From the NCBI GenBank assembly GCA_030248215.1, contig JASANG010003810.1, forward strand, positions 558,001 to 622,000: a stretch of 64,000 nt of DNA. The letters are read 5' to 3'. The notes beneath the pieces are model-generated. The model was not told where the DNA came from and ran no database searches. It saw only the letters and a program-made list of their open reading frames with translations. Positions 42,528-56,317 of the stretch are shown piece by piece; the stretch's first letter is position 1, and every line of letters begins with the position of its first letter. Source of the stretch: Enoplolaimus lenunculus. Its lineage: Eukaryota. The position numbers and the translations under genes were made by a program.

Positions 42528-45500
42528 AACGTGTTGTGTATCGAAAACGTATATTCGCCGCATGTGTTGTATGAGTAGTATGTGTATATTGTGGGCTAAT
42601 TACTTTTATTTCTTAGTTCTATTTTAGGTTAAATAGCGATGTTATATGGTTCTCATTTCCGTCGTGGCTAACAGTTTCCGCTATGTGTAGCGTCTATCAT
42701 CTGTTAGCGATAAATTTTCAAACTGTCGAATGCTTGCCATGCAGTTGCGGATCTCAATTCTACCACAGAATTAGAACAGGGCAAATATGGAAAATGTGCT
42801 GAGTGTCGAACCGTACCATTCATTGGTTGAAGAGACAACAAAACCTATCACTATACGGTGATTGGTGCTACACACATTTGAGAATAAGGGTCATAGCCGT
42901 ACCCCTGTACCTAGAGCAATCGCGTAGCCAGCTGATATTATGTAGTGGGGGCTGAAAAGTTTTTTAGGAAAAGCATACAAGTGTTTGCGACGATTAACAA
43001 GCAAGGTTGAAACTTTTCGAGGGGTCCAATATTTTTTGAGGGGGGCTAAATCTCTTAGCTCCCCCCTCTGGGTAATATTCGGACATAGAGTATAATAGGT
43101 TGAAAGGATAGACCAATTTGCTTTTCTCCAGTGTGTTGTTCGTGTACTGTTGTTGTTTTGTGAGTAGAAGTTTCATTGATATAGACATTTCTAGGGAATA
43201 AGGGTTACGCTCTACTTGTCTTGGGGTGCCGTCCCTCGCCGTACGTCATCACTACGGCGCCGTCCGTCACCGTCCAGCGCGGTGCGTCACGGGTCCGTCA
43301 CAGTCCGGCGCCGTGCGTCACTACACGGTATCGTACGTAACTTATTAGCGTACGATAACGCACGGTGACGGACAGCGCCGGACGTCAACAAAAGTATAGC
43401 GCAATCCTAATTCGTTTCACTGTGTTGAGTTAAAACAAAATAAAAATGAAATTAATTGCAGTTTGTAAACCTACACTGCAAAAACAGGGGAGTCAAATTG
43501 ACTCTCTCTCAGAAATAGGCTTTTCCTGACTTTCACGACCAGAGTCAAATTTGATTCACTTTATCGCGCGTTTGACTCTGGCGGAGTCGAATTTGACTCA
43601 CCATTTTTTACAGTGTATATAAGCTTTGTGCTGCCAAAAGTGGATGATCACTCTTAGACAATGCTGTGCAACTACTGGGGTTCTGCATGCTACAAAATGT
43701 ACCAGCACGTGTTGTATTTTTACCCGACCCCATGATTACGGAGGGGGGGGGGCAGTCGCTCGCCACTCGACCTTGGCCAAACACAGGGGAGGGGGATCGG
43801 CCAAAAACGCATCGTGCGCTGGGTACATTTTCTTGTACACAGAATGCATCCAGTTGTACGCCTTGCGATTATCCAGTCTTGGTTCTAGCAAGAGTGGATA
43901 ATCGCTATTGAACAACAGTGTGCAACTGGGCACATTCTGTGTAGAAAACAATGTACCCGGCACGCGTTGCGTTTTTCTCTACCCCCCTTTGTTTAGAGGG
44001 TGTACAACCGGTGCGAACCGCGGCACTTTATGTATGCGGCGTCAACAATGATCCGTTTATAGTTTAATTTATGGATATTCATGTGATAGTAACCGCCCTC
44101 TAAATAAGGGTGGTCGGCCAAAAACGCAATACCCGGTGGTACATTTTGTACCATGCGGGACATCCAGAGTTGCACGCTCTTGTCATTATCCGTTCTTGGT
44201 TTTTTGCTAACTGAAATAACTTTTAATTTCTTACGAATTGAATTTTACTAAAACAATATGAGCACAAGTACCTAAGTCAGGTCATCAACACCTGTTTGTT
44301 CTAATTTGTAAATTATCCATTCTAAATGTTCACTTTGTTGGTCATCGTCCAATCAAAACGACTAAAACAAAAAACTTTTGCAAAAATAATACTGCAAAAA
44401 AATATATCTTTACATCTTCCAATCAGATTGTGTTTTAGTATTTTAAGTATTCTCAGTTACCGTTGATGATTGGACCATTCAAAAGAATTACATCAAAAAC
44501 AAATCTGATTGGCGACAAATTTGTTTTTACATCCTCCAATCCGATTGAGTTTCGTCTTTTGAGTATTCTCAGATACAGTTGATGATTGGACCATTCAAAA
44601 CAATTACATTAAAAGAAACTAAATCTGATTGGATGATTAAAAAATAAAATATTCAATTTTGGATCCCATTATCACTAACTGCAACAAATACGTGTTCAGT
44701 ATATATGAGATATATACAAAGTATAATTATTTACTTGTTTTTTAATATTTTTATATTTTGTTTTATTAATGTTTCAGAATCGACTGACCTTCAACTCTGA
44801 TACGACTATATACCAGCGTGCCGATACAAGACATTCTATTGGACTCTGCTTATCTGATTCTATTTCCAAAACAAGAACTCTGGTCAAGCAGTGGATCAGG
44901 TTTTTGCCAGTCGGTACTTAAATCCTGCGGTTTGCCTACTTAATTGGATTTGATATTTTAATCTGCGAATATTTCTAAATAATTTTTTTGTGTATTTTTG
45001 AAATTTTACTTCTTTTGTGTATTTTTGTTAAATTGTACTTTAAGGTCTGAGTTGAATTTTGACGCAAAAACTTGTGTGGTAACATTAGGCTAAACGCTGT
45101 ATAAAAGCATGTGTGTTGTGGCGAATTGTTGTGAAAATGTTTTTGTAGGCTGATAATACAAGATATATAGTCAAATTTCAATATATATACACTGCAAAAA
45201 CGGTGAGTCAAATTGACTCTCTCCGAAATAGGCTTTTACTGACTACACAAACTGAGTCAAAATTCGACTCCAGCTGAGTCAATATCGACTGAATTTGACT
45301 CTAGCGGAGTCGAACTTTGACTCAGTTTGTGTAGTCAGGAAAAGCCTATTTCGGAGAGAGTCAATTGAACTTACCATTTTTGTAGTGTAAACATACATAA
45401 TCTGAAAGTTCTTGTAAATTTTCTTTTTTGTGTCGCTCGAATCTAATGGTTTGAACTGCGTTGCTTGTTTACCCCAGTTCCTGTAGGTTTAAGTATGCAT

Positions 45501-45925
45501 TTGCACACATTGCAACTGCAATTTATAGCAATTTCTAATTGCAATTGCAAAATATTAATTGCACTGCGTTTTATAATATGTTACTAGTCAAAATGCTTTA
45601 TTTTTGAAGCCGTTGTTTTATTAATATTTTGTATATATATTACTTCATGAATATTTTTTGCCGGAATTTGAGAATGTTATATACTCTCAATCTCATTTAT
45701 ATTATGGTTTAAGTTATTCTTTTCTTTTATTTACTATGTTATTGCTATACTGCAACCATCAATTTTTTCTCTTGTTTGCATTTATATCTGCTGTATATTT
45801 TATTATTGTTTTTTTAACTTGAATGGTGATTCCCACCCCTGCGTTAAAGGTATGCTTCAATGTATATTTATAATTTGTGATTTCAACCTGTTAGGTTTCA
45901 TTGAGTATCAAAATTCAGGGGCGTT

Positions 45926-46263
45926 CAGCCCTTACTGGGACAATTTTATCCCCGTCAGAAAATTGTCAACCTTGCTTGTAACTCATCGAAAACCCTTGCA
46001 TCATGTCCGTTCTGAATATTTTTAGCCCAACTATTAGCTCAGCCTTTACTGGGATACTTTTAGCCCAGCTAGAAAATTGTCAACCTTGCTTGTAAGTCAT
46101 CGAAAACCCTTGCATCATGTCCGTTCTGAATATTTTTAGCCCAACTATTAGCTCAGCCTTTACTGGGATACTTTTAGCCCAGCTAGAAAATTGTCAACCT
46201 TGCTTGTAAGTCATCGAAAACCCTTGCATCATGTCCGTTCTGAATATTTTTAGCCCAACTATT
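45926..46263. repeat. 114-bp triplication inside a hAT-like MITE
   Basis: ttgtcaacc at 45963, 46077, 46191. Confidence 0.9.
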
Positions 46264-46700
46264 AAGCTTGAGTTGGCCACGAGCCTGCGTAGATATGACA
46301 AGTTACCATCCTGTAAAGCACAGAGGTGATATAAACTTGACACGATTGATAAATTTTTGGATACCCTGTTTATCAGAAGTCATGGGCCATATTCCCGAAC
46401 CTGTCAAAAGCTCCATTCACTTGCGCAAGTTTTTGCAGCGAGAACTTCCAGCGGAGTCGTATTAATAGTTGGGTTTCGAACATAACTTACAACTGCAAGT
46501 TACAACTGCAAGTTACAACTGCAAGTTACAACTGCAAGTTACAACTGGCAGACTTTTTTAGTCAGACAGTTGTATTTGTAAAACGCAGCTACGAAACTTC
46601 GTTGCAATAACTTGCACGTGTGAATGAGGCTTAACGTTTAGCACCAATAGTTATTAGGTAACTCTGTTGAATACTGATTATGTAACCTGATTAAGTGCAA

Positions 46701-47011
46701 GGCCCATGTTACTTTTAGGGCCGTCCCGGTTTCTGATGGGTTTGTAAAAGAGTAGGCTTACATTTTAGATTACATGTTTTTGCTTAGGCTTAGGCTTAGG
46801 CTTAGGCTTAAGCTTAGGCTTGGGCTTAGGAATACACTGATTTACAGCGATTAGGCTTAAAGTGCACTTTTTCCACGCTTAGGCTTAGGCTTAGGCTTCG
46901 AAATACACTTATTTTCAATGCTTAGGCTTAGGAGTACACTTTTTCCAATGCTTAGGTTAGGCTTAGAAATATGCTTAATCTACTGTTACGGCCCTAAAAG
47001 TAACACTGGCC
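46701..47011 (+). mobile_element. TTAGGC MITE family B, full copy; other copies 13392-13790, 34371-34552, 48843-49030
   Basis: TIR ggcccatgttacttttagggccgt...acggccctaaaagtaacactggcc; TTAGGC interior. Confidence 0.85.
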
Positions 47012-47907
47012 AAGAGCGTTATAAAACCATCCAAAATTCTGAACGAGAGCTTCTACCATTCACTTGTTGAACAAATGTTACTTTAACCATATTTGTTATA
47101 CTCATTTATTTAATAGCGGCCTATGACTAATATACATTATCCAGAAATTTCTGATAACACAAGAAACAGCTCATTGGCTTGCTTTTAGTAGAACCAAGAG
47201 TGTATAATGGAGAGTATGACACTTCTCCATCTATACACATATATTGCGTGATATTACGCGGACCTTGTCAGATACTACCCCACCCTTGATTGAGGGGGGT
47301 CTTAACTACAGCTGCAATAGTTTGGTATGAGTAACGTCGCTTAATTTATGCATATTGAAAGCATGTTTCCACTTGTCTCCAAACATTTTATAACCGAACC
47401 CCCCTCAATCAAGGGGTGGTTAGACAAAGTAGGGTTCGCGTGATACTACATCACGCTAATACGTGTTGTATGCATAGTGTCACACTCTTCCTATATTATA
47501 CACTCTTGGTATGCTGCCAGTTTTGTGCAATGCGAAAAAGTTAGCGAGTACGCAAATATTTTCACGCAGATTTTCTTTTAATAGAACAATCACGTTTATG
47601 TTTTAAGAATTCATTTATTAACAAAGTAATGCAGGAATGTTGCCCAAAATACGTATGTGGGGTGTACCATCTTTCATATATAGATATGATGGATTTTTGA
47701 GGTCAAAATTTCTGGTGTCCCTACGCTCGCATGGTCAAATTTTTCGCCATGTGATTTATTCCGTTTGGTTATGATATTCTGGCAACGCACCTGTTTAGTG
47801 AACACTGAAAAAAATTAATAAAGGTAAAGCTTTATTGTACAAAATTTGGCTTTTATCAGTGTACGGTTTTTAAGCATAAGGATACTTTTGCGTTTACCGG
47901 GTATATA

Positions 47908-48204
47908 TGTCGTAGGGCAATCTGTTATTCAAGCCGAATAACGTTTGACCAAGGTTAATCTGCTATTAGAATCAAACAGCAGTTTGGCATAGTCCAAATG
48001 GCGAATGTGAGATGTCGCAAAGCAACAGTGATGTAAGGCTAACGCTGATTGGTTAACGGTATTGTGTCTGTCCAAATAATCAAATCTGATTGGTCTTTAA
48101 GTCCGAAAACAGTTTAGTCCAAGGCTAAACTGGTATTATATAAAATAGCAGATTGACCTGAGGATAATTAGTAATTGGCCTGAATAGCAGATTGACCTAC
48201 AACA
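47908..48204. mobile_element. TGT...ACA TIR element (Ginger-like)
   Basis: TATA|TGTCGTAGG...CCTACAACA|TATT; long TIRs with a duplicated aatctgctatt motif. Confidence 0.6.
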
Positions 48205-49475
48205 TATTTAAACGTGAACCCAGCTAAATTTTTAAAATTTAACTGTTAAAATAAGGATTGAAACTGATTTTTCGCCGCGGTTTTAAACGAATGTTTGATT
48301 GATGACTTTGTTATTCTGAAAGCTTCGTATTATTGCGATACTCCATTATCTTCTACTTAATATTGAAATAAATTATTAGAAGATTTTAGGAATTCCGTTA
48401 AAAAAATCGAAACAAGAGAACATTGACATTTTTTAAAATTTAATTTGTTCTGTCAAAAATTCAAAATGGCACCAGCGACTGTCGGTTTGAAATTTAACTT
48501 TGAAGAACACCGTTAAAATTTTAGGAGCGCCATTAGAGATATTTTATACTGTAAATTCCGATGAGTTGATTAATCAACACTCACAGATCGAATTAGTCAT
48601 TTCGGGTTTTATGTTTGAGTTTTAATAACAGGAAACATCAACTCGTTGTGAACTTATTTAATTCCGAGTGAGTTGATTACTTACTTAACAGTACGAATAA
48701 AGTTCAATCAATTCAGATTTCTGAGTTCTGAAAGACCGAATTCAGTGCGCCGAATTCTAAGTGCATTCAACTCATACAGACTTAAAATCAACTCACTGGA
48801 ATTTACAGTATAGAGGCACTCACTATTTCAACGAAAAATTTTGGCCCATGTTACTTTGACGGGCATCCAGGTTTGTGGTGAGTCCATAAAAGAGTAGCTT
48901 TAAATTTTAGATTACATTTTTTGCTTAGGCTGAGGCTTAGGCTTAGGCTTACGAATGCGCTTTTGCAACGCTTAGGCTTATGCTTAGGCTTAGGAATACG
49001 CTTAATCTACTGTTACGCCCCTAAAAGTAAATTCTGCTCAAGTGCTCATTTACGTCACAGATTTAAAACCTTCCAAAAGGTCGCTTGTAATATATACCGT
49101 GGCACAATTCTTGTGGATCCACCCAAGACAAAAGCGAAACTCATAATTTATTGAAATATTTTAGATTTTAGTGGGTCCGTTTGAGGGAACAGGTACAAAA
49201 CTCCATACAAAATTGTGTCAATCTGAAGAACATGGGCGGAACAGTAGTTTAAGCATATTCTTAAGCCAAAAGTGTGCACCTTCGTTTAACTTTAACCATA
49301 ACAATGACTTTATACATAAGCCTAAGCCTAAGCCAAGCAATACAATTAGTCTAAAGCTTAAAGCTTAATCGATTCCAGCTGCACAGAAAAACGTTGCACC
49401 CCTGATCTTTACATGGGCACAAAATTTAAACCAAAAATCAAAACAGATGTTTTATTGTATAAACTTCAATTTTAA

Positions 49476-49737
49476 CCCTTTCACTCATAGAGTATACTAT
49501 GAGCAACTAAATACAATTATGTACGAGCAATACACACACTGTGAGCAGTGATTAACATTTATAACATATATCCGCAGTGCAAAATCTCTACAAGAGGTAG
49601 CGAGCCTACTCGGGCTCGAGCGTCAAGCTCCTATAGCTCGGTGGTCATCGTTAACGCCTCCCACCGGTGAGACTGGGGATCGAATCTTACCTTGAAATTA
49701 CATCTTATATGAAATTGAAAATATTCATGTGAGAAGG
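49476..49737 (+). mobile_element. piggyBac-like MITE with tRNA-like segment, second copy
   Basis: TTAA|CCCTTTCACTCAT...ATGTGAGAAGG|TTAA; shares gcgtcaagctcctatagct with the 18277 copy. Confidence 0.78.
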
Positions 49738-50462
49738 TTAACATTTTCGTTATTCTGGATTTCGAAAAGGTCACGGGGTTACGTCCTATGAAAATTTCGA
49801 GTTTAATTGAACCTGATTTTAAAAATTCTGTCTCCACGCAAAGATCAAAGGCGTACCGTTTTACCTCGCGACTGCAATAGCGTAAAGTTTAAGCTTTAGA
49901 CTAATTTCTTTGGTTATGCTTGTACTTACGCTAGGGAATATGCATATTGCTTATATCACTATTGTAGTTCTGTTGTATATATTGGTCAAAGGCGGAACGT
50001 TTTTCTGTGGGACTAGAAAAGAGTAAAACATTATTAAAAATGTCCTTCGGGTAAATGTGCCGGAGCAAGCTAGAGTTGCGCACTCCAAAACACCGGGGTG
50101 GGGGCACCTTGCGATAATCGAAAGATTTTTCAAAATTTTTAAAAATCTTGTTCTGGTTGGTGCCTCATCTTTGGGGTGGGGCTCCCAAATGGGGCGTATG
50201 AGAGGTGGCTACTCCGGTCCCGGCGGGATTGAGCCGAGAGTGACTTTATTTAGTAAAACTTTTTTTACTTAAACAATTCGAGGTGTTTCGTTTAGTGACG
50301 TTTTTAAAAGTTGATTTCAACAGCAGTTTTTGATCCATTGGAAAGAAACAGTCGTCGCGCTTCCGCTTTGCAGCAATGGTGCCCAATTCTTGGAAATTGT
50401 CAAAAAAACTGCTACAACAATTTAAACGACAGTAAAAGCCGAACTGTTCCTACAGTATTTTG

Positions 50463-50630
50463 AATTTCAACAGCCAATCAAAACTCTTATAGTTTCAACA
50501 GCCAATCAAAACTCTTTTAATTTCAACAGCCAATGAAAACTAGGATAATTTCAACAGCCAAGGAAAGTTCTTATAATTTCAACAGCCAATCAAAAGTCTT
50601 ATACCTTCAACAGCCAATCAAAACTTTTAC
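50463..50630. repeat. ~26-28-bp CCAAT-containing tandem repeat, 6 copies
   Basis: tttcaacagccaatcaaaact repeated. Confidence 0.85.
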
Positions 50631-50673
50631 ACGCGTTAATAACACCAATCTTAAACAGCTAAACATATATATA

Positions 50674-51071
50674 TGTTGTAGCCTAAGTCGTAATTTAGTT
50701 CAATTCCGAATTGGGCTAGCTCAAAGCAAAATTACGACTTGGGCTAGCGCAAGCCGCAATCATGTCTGGTAAAGCTGTGCGTTTTCTGATTGGTTACTTT
50801 ATAGCCGGTAAATTAGTGTTGTAAAACAAACTGTTTGATAACCAACAGGCACGTAACGATAACTTAGCCAGTCAGAAAAAAGTATTTGCATCAGCTAATC
50901 GTATTATAGACTACGGAATTAAGGTAGTAACAAATCACAAGGCGTGCACTTGAAAGTGAAGATAAATTACGCCTTGGGCTAGTGTTGTAATTCTGTGGTA
51001 GACTAGCGCAATTCGGAATTGGGTTATAGCACAATTTGAAATTGGCCTGAATTACGACTTGGGCTACGACA
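50674..51071. mobile_element. TGT...ACA TIR element (Ginger-like)
   Basis: TATA|TGTTGTAGCCTAAGTCGTAATT...AATTACGACTTGGGCTACGACA|TATA. Confidence 0.65.
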
Positions 51072-51286
51072 TATACATTTTTAATATTAGTTTTGCATAT
51101 TTTGACTAAACTACAACAACTATGATTATCAAACTTCTACGCTCCAGGAGTCAAAACATAGCGAAGTAGAGACCAAACACAGTATTCTTATTATCCGAAT
51201 GTAAGATTTAAGTTCCACGCTGACGCAGATTGGCCAATTTGATCCGTTGGATCAGTTTTTGACCAACAGTTCAAGTCTGATTAGAC

Positions 51287-51510
51287 GGCACATATGAAGG
51301 TCAAGGGCGGAACGTTTTTTGTGGGACTACAATAGAGTAAGGCTAAGTTATAGACTAATTTTTTGCTTATGCCAAAGCCATAGACTTAGGATTAGGTTTA
51401 GCAATAAGCTCATTCTTACGCTTAGGCTTAGGCTTTGGCTTAGGCTTAGGCTTAGGCTTTAGGACTATGCTTATGCTAAACTGTTACGGCCACTGTTCTA
51501 TACATTGTCC
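51287..51510 (+). mobile_element. TTAGGC MITE family A
   Basis: Family TIRs; TSD GATTAGAC/GATTCGGC. Confidence 0.8.
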
Positions 51511-54500
51511 GATTCGGCTTACAACTCACAGTTATATAATGCCATTAATTAAACCTGCCTTACGGTTCTTGATAAGCGACGGTACGCAGTGTGAGTGATA
51601 ACCATTTGAAGGTAAAGACAAAATTTTACAGAAACAATTTCTTTCCCTCAAAAAATGTCAAATTTTTGATATTTTGCTCGTCTTGACTCAAAATACGTAA
51701 TAATCAGTTTTGAAATAATAAATAAATAAATATATATATAATATATATGTATATATACATATATATTGATATAAGATATATATAGATATGTACATACATA
51801 TACATATATATGTATATATACGTATGTCTTATCAATGTGTGCGGTTCGTGGTTTTCGGGTTGAGGGTGGGAAGGTATATTTTTGGCAATCACTTTTTGCA
51901 TCATCACGAGCTGGTTTTTGGAGATACACATATGCTTTTACGGTGGAACTGGTGAGAGTTAATGGCAATTAAGCTGACATCAATTTTACTATTAAAGTTT
52001 GTTTTAAAAGTAGTTTAAAAAAACGCTATTTTAAACACTTTTCACGTTTCAAACAGCATATTTAAAAACGCTTTGTTTCGTATTTAACGAAACGTTTTGC
52101 ACTCCCAGTAGCGAATGAAGAAATTTTTGATGGGTTGAAGCCGATCGAACAACGCGAGAACCGAAACGCAATTTTTAGTACTAAATTTTAGCATTAAAAC
52201 ATTCCGGTTTCATCTCTGTTGAAGACGTTTCACTGTAAATTTCAGTGAGTTGATTTTAACTCAGAATGAGTTGAATCAATCAGACTGAGTTAGGACAATC
52301 AGAACTCATAGTTTTGAGTTGATTCAGTTCACTCTGAGTTAATTAACCAGCTCACCCAGAGTCAACTCAACTCAGAGTGATAATCAACTCAACTCAGAGT
52401 GAGTTTAAGTTTACTGTTATTAACTCAGAAATAACCAACTCGCTAGTTGAATTGATTAATCAACTCATTGGAATTTACAGTGTAGCCTTGAGCGGCCTCT
52501 TAGGCGCAATCCCACAATACCTGCTACTCTTATAAGCCTTGAAAGCCCCAAGCTACATTACCATCAGCGAGGCGGAAAAGTTTTGCCATTTCATGGGGTG
52601 TGTTTACAGGTGTCAACTTACCCGACAGAGAAAATTTCCGGTTTTAACATCGGTTTCCACCGAGGCTCTCTTCCGGTACCGCTAATCATAGGAAACTATA
52701 TACCGGTAGCCTATAGTATACAGGGTACTGAAAAATTTGAGCTTAATCGTGCCAGAATTGAGCATGGTTTTAAAGACAAAATGTTTCTGGGGGAACGAAA
52801 AAGTTTTGCAGAATGTACGGCATCCCACCCTCGCCAATATTTTCTGACCATACGCAAGTTAAACTTTTTGGCTGTTATAGTCTAAAATAGACGGTACACA
52901 GCCAGCAAGTTTAGTTTGTGTTTACTTACACCAGAAGAGCATATATATGGTTTGTTTTTACGCCTATCACATTTCATGGGTATACCTCTCTGACGTTCCT
53001 ATCACAGTTCGTTCCAGTCCCGTAGCCACAGTGTAAATTCTAATGAGTTGATTAATCAATTCAGCTAGCGAGTTGGTTATTTCTGAATTAATATCAGTAA
53101 ACATAAACTTACTCTCAGTTTAGTTGATTCTTACTCTGAGTTGAGTCGACTCTGGGTGAGTTGGTTAATTAACTCAGAATGAATCGAATCAACTCAAAAT
53201 TCAGAGTTTTGATAGTCCGAACTCAGACTGAGTGATTCAACTCATTCTAAGTTAAAATCAACTCAATGAAGTTTACAGTGCAGCTCACCTTGCTAGGGGG
53301 GGGGCTAAATTTCACTGACTTAATACAAGGAAGGTCGAAAATTAGTGGGGATGCCAAAATTTTTTCAGGGGGTGAGCTCGCATGGCCCCCTTGGCTACGG
53401 GTCCGAGTTGAACCTAAGGCCAATTCAAAATAGAAGTACAAACATATTTTCAGCCCAAAAATTCTTGGGCTATAAAATTTACATTTTTACTTAGAATTTA
53501 GTTATTTCTGGTTATTTCTGAGTTAATAACCACAAAACATCTGCTCGCTCTGAGTTGAGTTAATTCCGGGCGGGTTGATAAATTAACGCAGAATGAGTTC
53601 AATCAATTCTCTATTATGAGTTTTCAAAGACCTAATTCAGAGCTCGGGCTTTTGAGTGGATTCAACTCATTCTTAGTTAAAATCAACTCCCTGGCATTTA
53701 CAGAGTAACAGTGACATTCGTTTCTGTTCTCGCCAGTCATAGTTCAAGCGCTTCCCAAGTTGAGGTCTGGTGTGTTTACACGAGTGTATATTTGTATATT
53801 ATTTGCGTTTCGATAATAAACGCTCATATTAAACTGTAACTTTCAGTCAGTTGATTTGAACTCAGAATGAGTTCAGAGTGAGGTAATATCTGCTGTTACT
53901 AACTGAGAAATAACCAGAAATAACTAATTCTCTCTCTGAGTTGATTAATTAACCCATCGGAATTTGTAATGTAGCGAGATTGAACGCTTATCGCTTTGGC
54001 AAGCTTAAATTTTAGACTACTTTTTATGCTTGGCTTAGGCTTTGAATTAACCTCATTCTTACGCTTAGGCTTATGCTTATGCTTAGGCTTAGGAATATGC
54101 TATAATACTGTTCCACCCCTGTTCTTTACATTGACCTTTATTTTTAACCCACGCTCCGCTACCCTTTGTTACTGATGTATATCCTGTACTGCAACTATCC
54201 GTTGAATCAAACATTATTTGTCTTGCGTCAATAGCTTGAACTATAACGCAATGTTATACTTAGGAATATACTTTCAAAATTTAAGTTCGCTTTAAAGTTT
54301 CGATCACAAATTATTTGGTCCTGGAGTCATTTATCCGCTACAATTAGGAACAATTGACCTTTATGGACTACAATTAGGGTTTATAGACTCTATCCGCTTA
54401 CGGCCTCTTATTAGGGATACGGACTCGCATTGATTGTGGCTCAAAATGGGGAGGGCCCTCTTGTTACCCCACACCCTGTTATTCGGTCACTACACCCCGA

Positions 54501-54839
54501 TGTGTTGTTTTCTGAAGCAATTGCTGTTAGAGTTTGGGACATGTGGCCGGATTTCGTGTGATTGATACAGTTTTTATGACCAAAGCACGCAATCAAATAT
54601 CAGAAGCTTTTTCAGTTTTAATTTAGTTTTGTGACAGCCGACTTTTATATTAAATACATATATGGGTATAATGTAGCAATAAAAATCTATGCACCAACAC
54701 AGTGTAAAATGCCAGTGGAGTTGATTTTAGCTCAGATTATAGTTGGATCACTCAGTGTGAGATAAGACTTTAAATATCAAAATTCTGTGTCCATAAACAT
54801 CTCAGTCAGAGTTAATTATGCAACTCATCCGCAATCAAC

Positions 54840-55037
54840 TCAACTCAGATTGAGAATCAAGTCAACTCAGAGTGAGAATCAAGTCAACTCAGAGTGAGAA
54901 TCAAGTCAACTCACAGTGAGAATCAGCTCAACTCAGAGTGAGAATCAAGTCAACTCAGAGTGAGAATCAAGTCAACTCAGAGTGAGAATCAGCTCAACTC
55001 AGAGTGAGAATCAAGTCAACTCAGAGTGAGAATCAAC
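54840..55037. repeat. 22-bp tandem repeat (gagtgagaatcaagtcaactca, about 9 copies) inside a CACTG MITE
   Basis: Directly visible; the unit occurs once in other CACTG copies. Confidence 0.9.
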
Positions 55038-56317
55038 TTCAGCGGACGCAAATTTGGTGATGATCATTAGCCAGCACTCTGAACTAAAAAAGCCTCAGGA
55101 TGACGCTATCATTTTTGATAAATTTACTGTAACCCGTCACTGTTTGTCGCCGTCCGTCATCGTCCGTCACCGCGGCGGTACTGGACCCGTACGAACCTTT
55201 TCAACCCAGCCAGCCATCGAAAACTTTTGTATGCCCTCCTGCAAAATATTTAGCTACCCCCAGCAACCTGAAATAGCTACAGGCCCTGCAGAGTATATAC
55301 GCGGGCGGACAGCGACGGACGATGACGTATGGCTACGGCCGGCGACTGACGGAGCCGCAAAGCAACCATAGCCGCCCGCGGAATCACTATACCGCAACGA
55401 CCCACAGTTCATTATCGTTCCTTACCTCCAGCGACCATACAGCGTCACTCCTGCTGTTATGAATAGCGATTATGTCAACTCGTTCAGAGCTTAATTTCAA
55501 AATGATCAGATAAACTCGCTGCGACTTTGAATTTGTGTATTTTATCAAAACTTTCATCAATGATACACGTTTTACCGTCAATTTTATGACTTTCGAACTG
55601 AAGTGCGATAGTTTCTGTAGTTGAATTTTACTTAATTCGAGTCGGTCAGAGTTTGATCGAACCAGCGTTCCAACTTTACGCTTTTTAATCCTAAAAAACA
55701 CTGTAAATTTGAGTGAGTAGATTTGAATGACTTTCAAACTGAAGTGCGTTGATTTTAACACAGAATGAGTTGAATCACTCTCAGTCTGAGTTAGGACTAT
55801 CAGAACTGAGAATTTAGAGTTGATTCAATTGATTCTGAGTTAATTAATCAACTCACTCACAGAGTCAACTCAACTGGCCTGCACGGTGCCCAAAGTTAAG
55901 GACTACGACGAGTATGGAACCTATATCCTCTTGCACTCGGTCACTGTACTGAACGCGTTGTATATAAATTGCATTTTTTATTGGTAACTTCGAATCAAAC
56001 AACTTTGATATATAGTAAAATATCTGCGCATTTATCGTATATTTCAGCGAATTGATTTTAATTCAGAATGAGTTGAATCGACTCAGATATTTTAGCTCAG
56101 AATCTTGAGTCAATGATTTGTGTTGTTAACACCGAAATGACTAATTCGCTATCTGAGAGTTGATCGACCAACTGATTGGAAATTACAGTGTTGGTAAATT
56201 TAAGGACAGCTCTACGACTAAATATGGATTCTAGTTCCAAAAGCGTTGTGCCTAAATGTTGATGTGTTCTCAAAATATCCCTATTACACGTTAGCATCGT
56301 TTTAGGTTTAGCGAATA

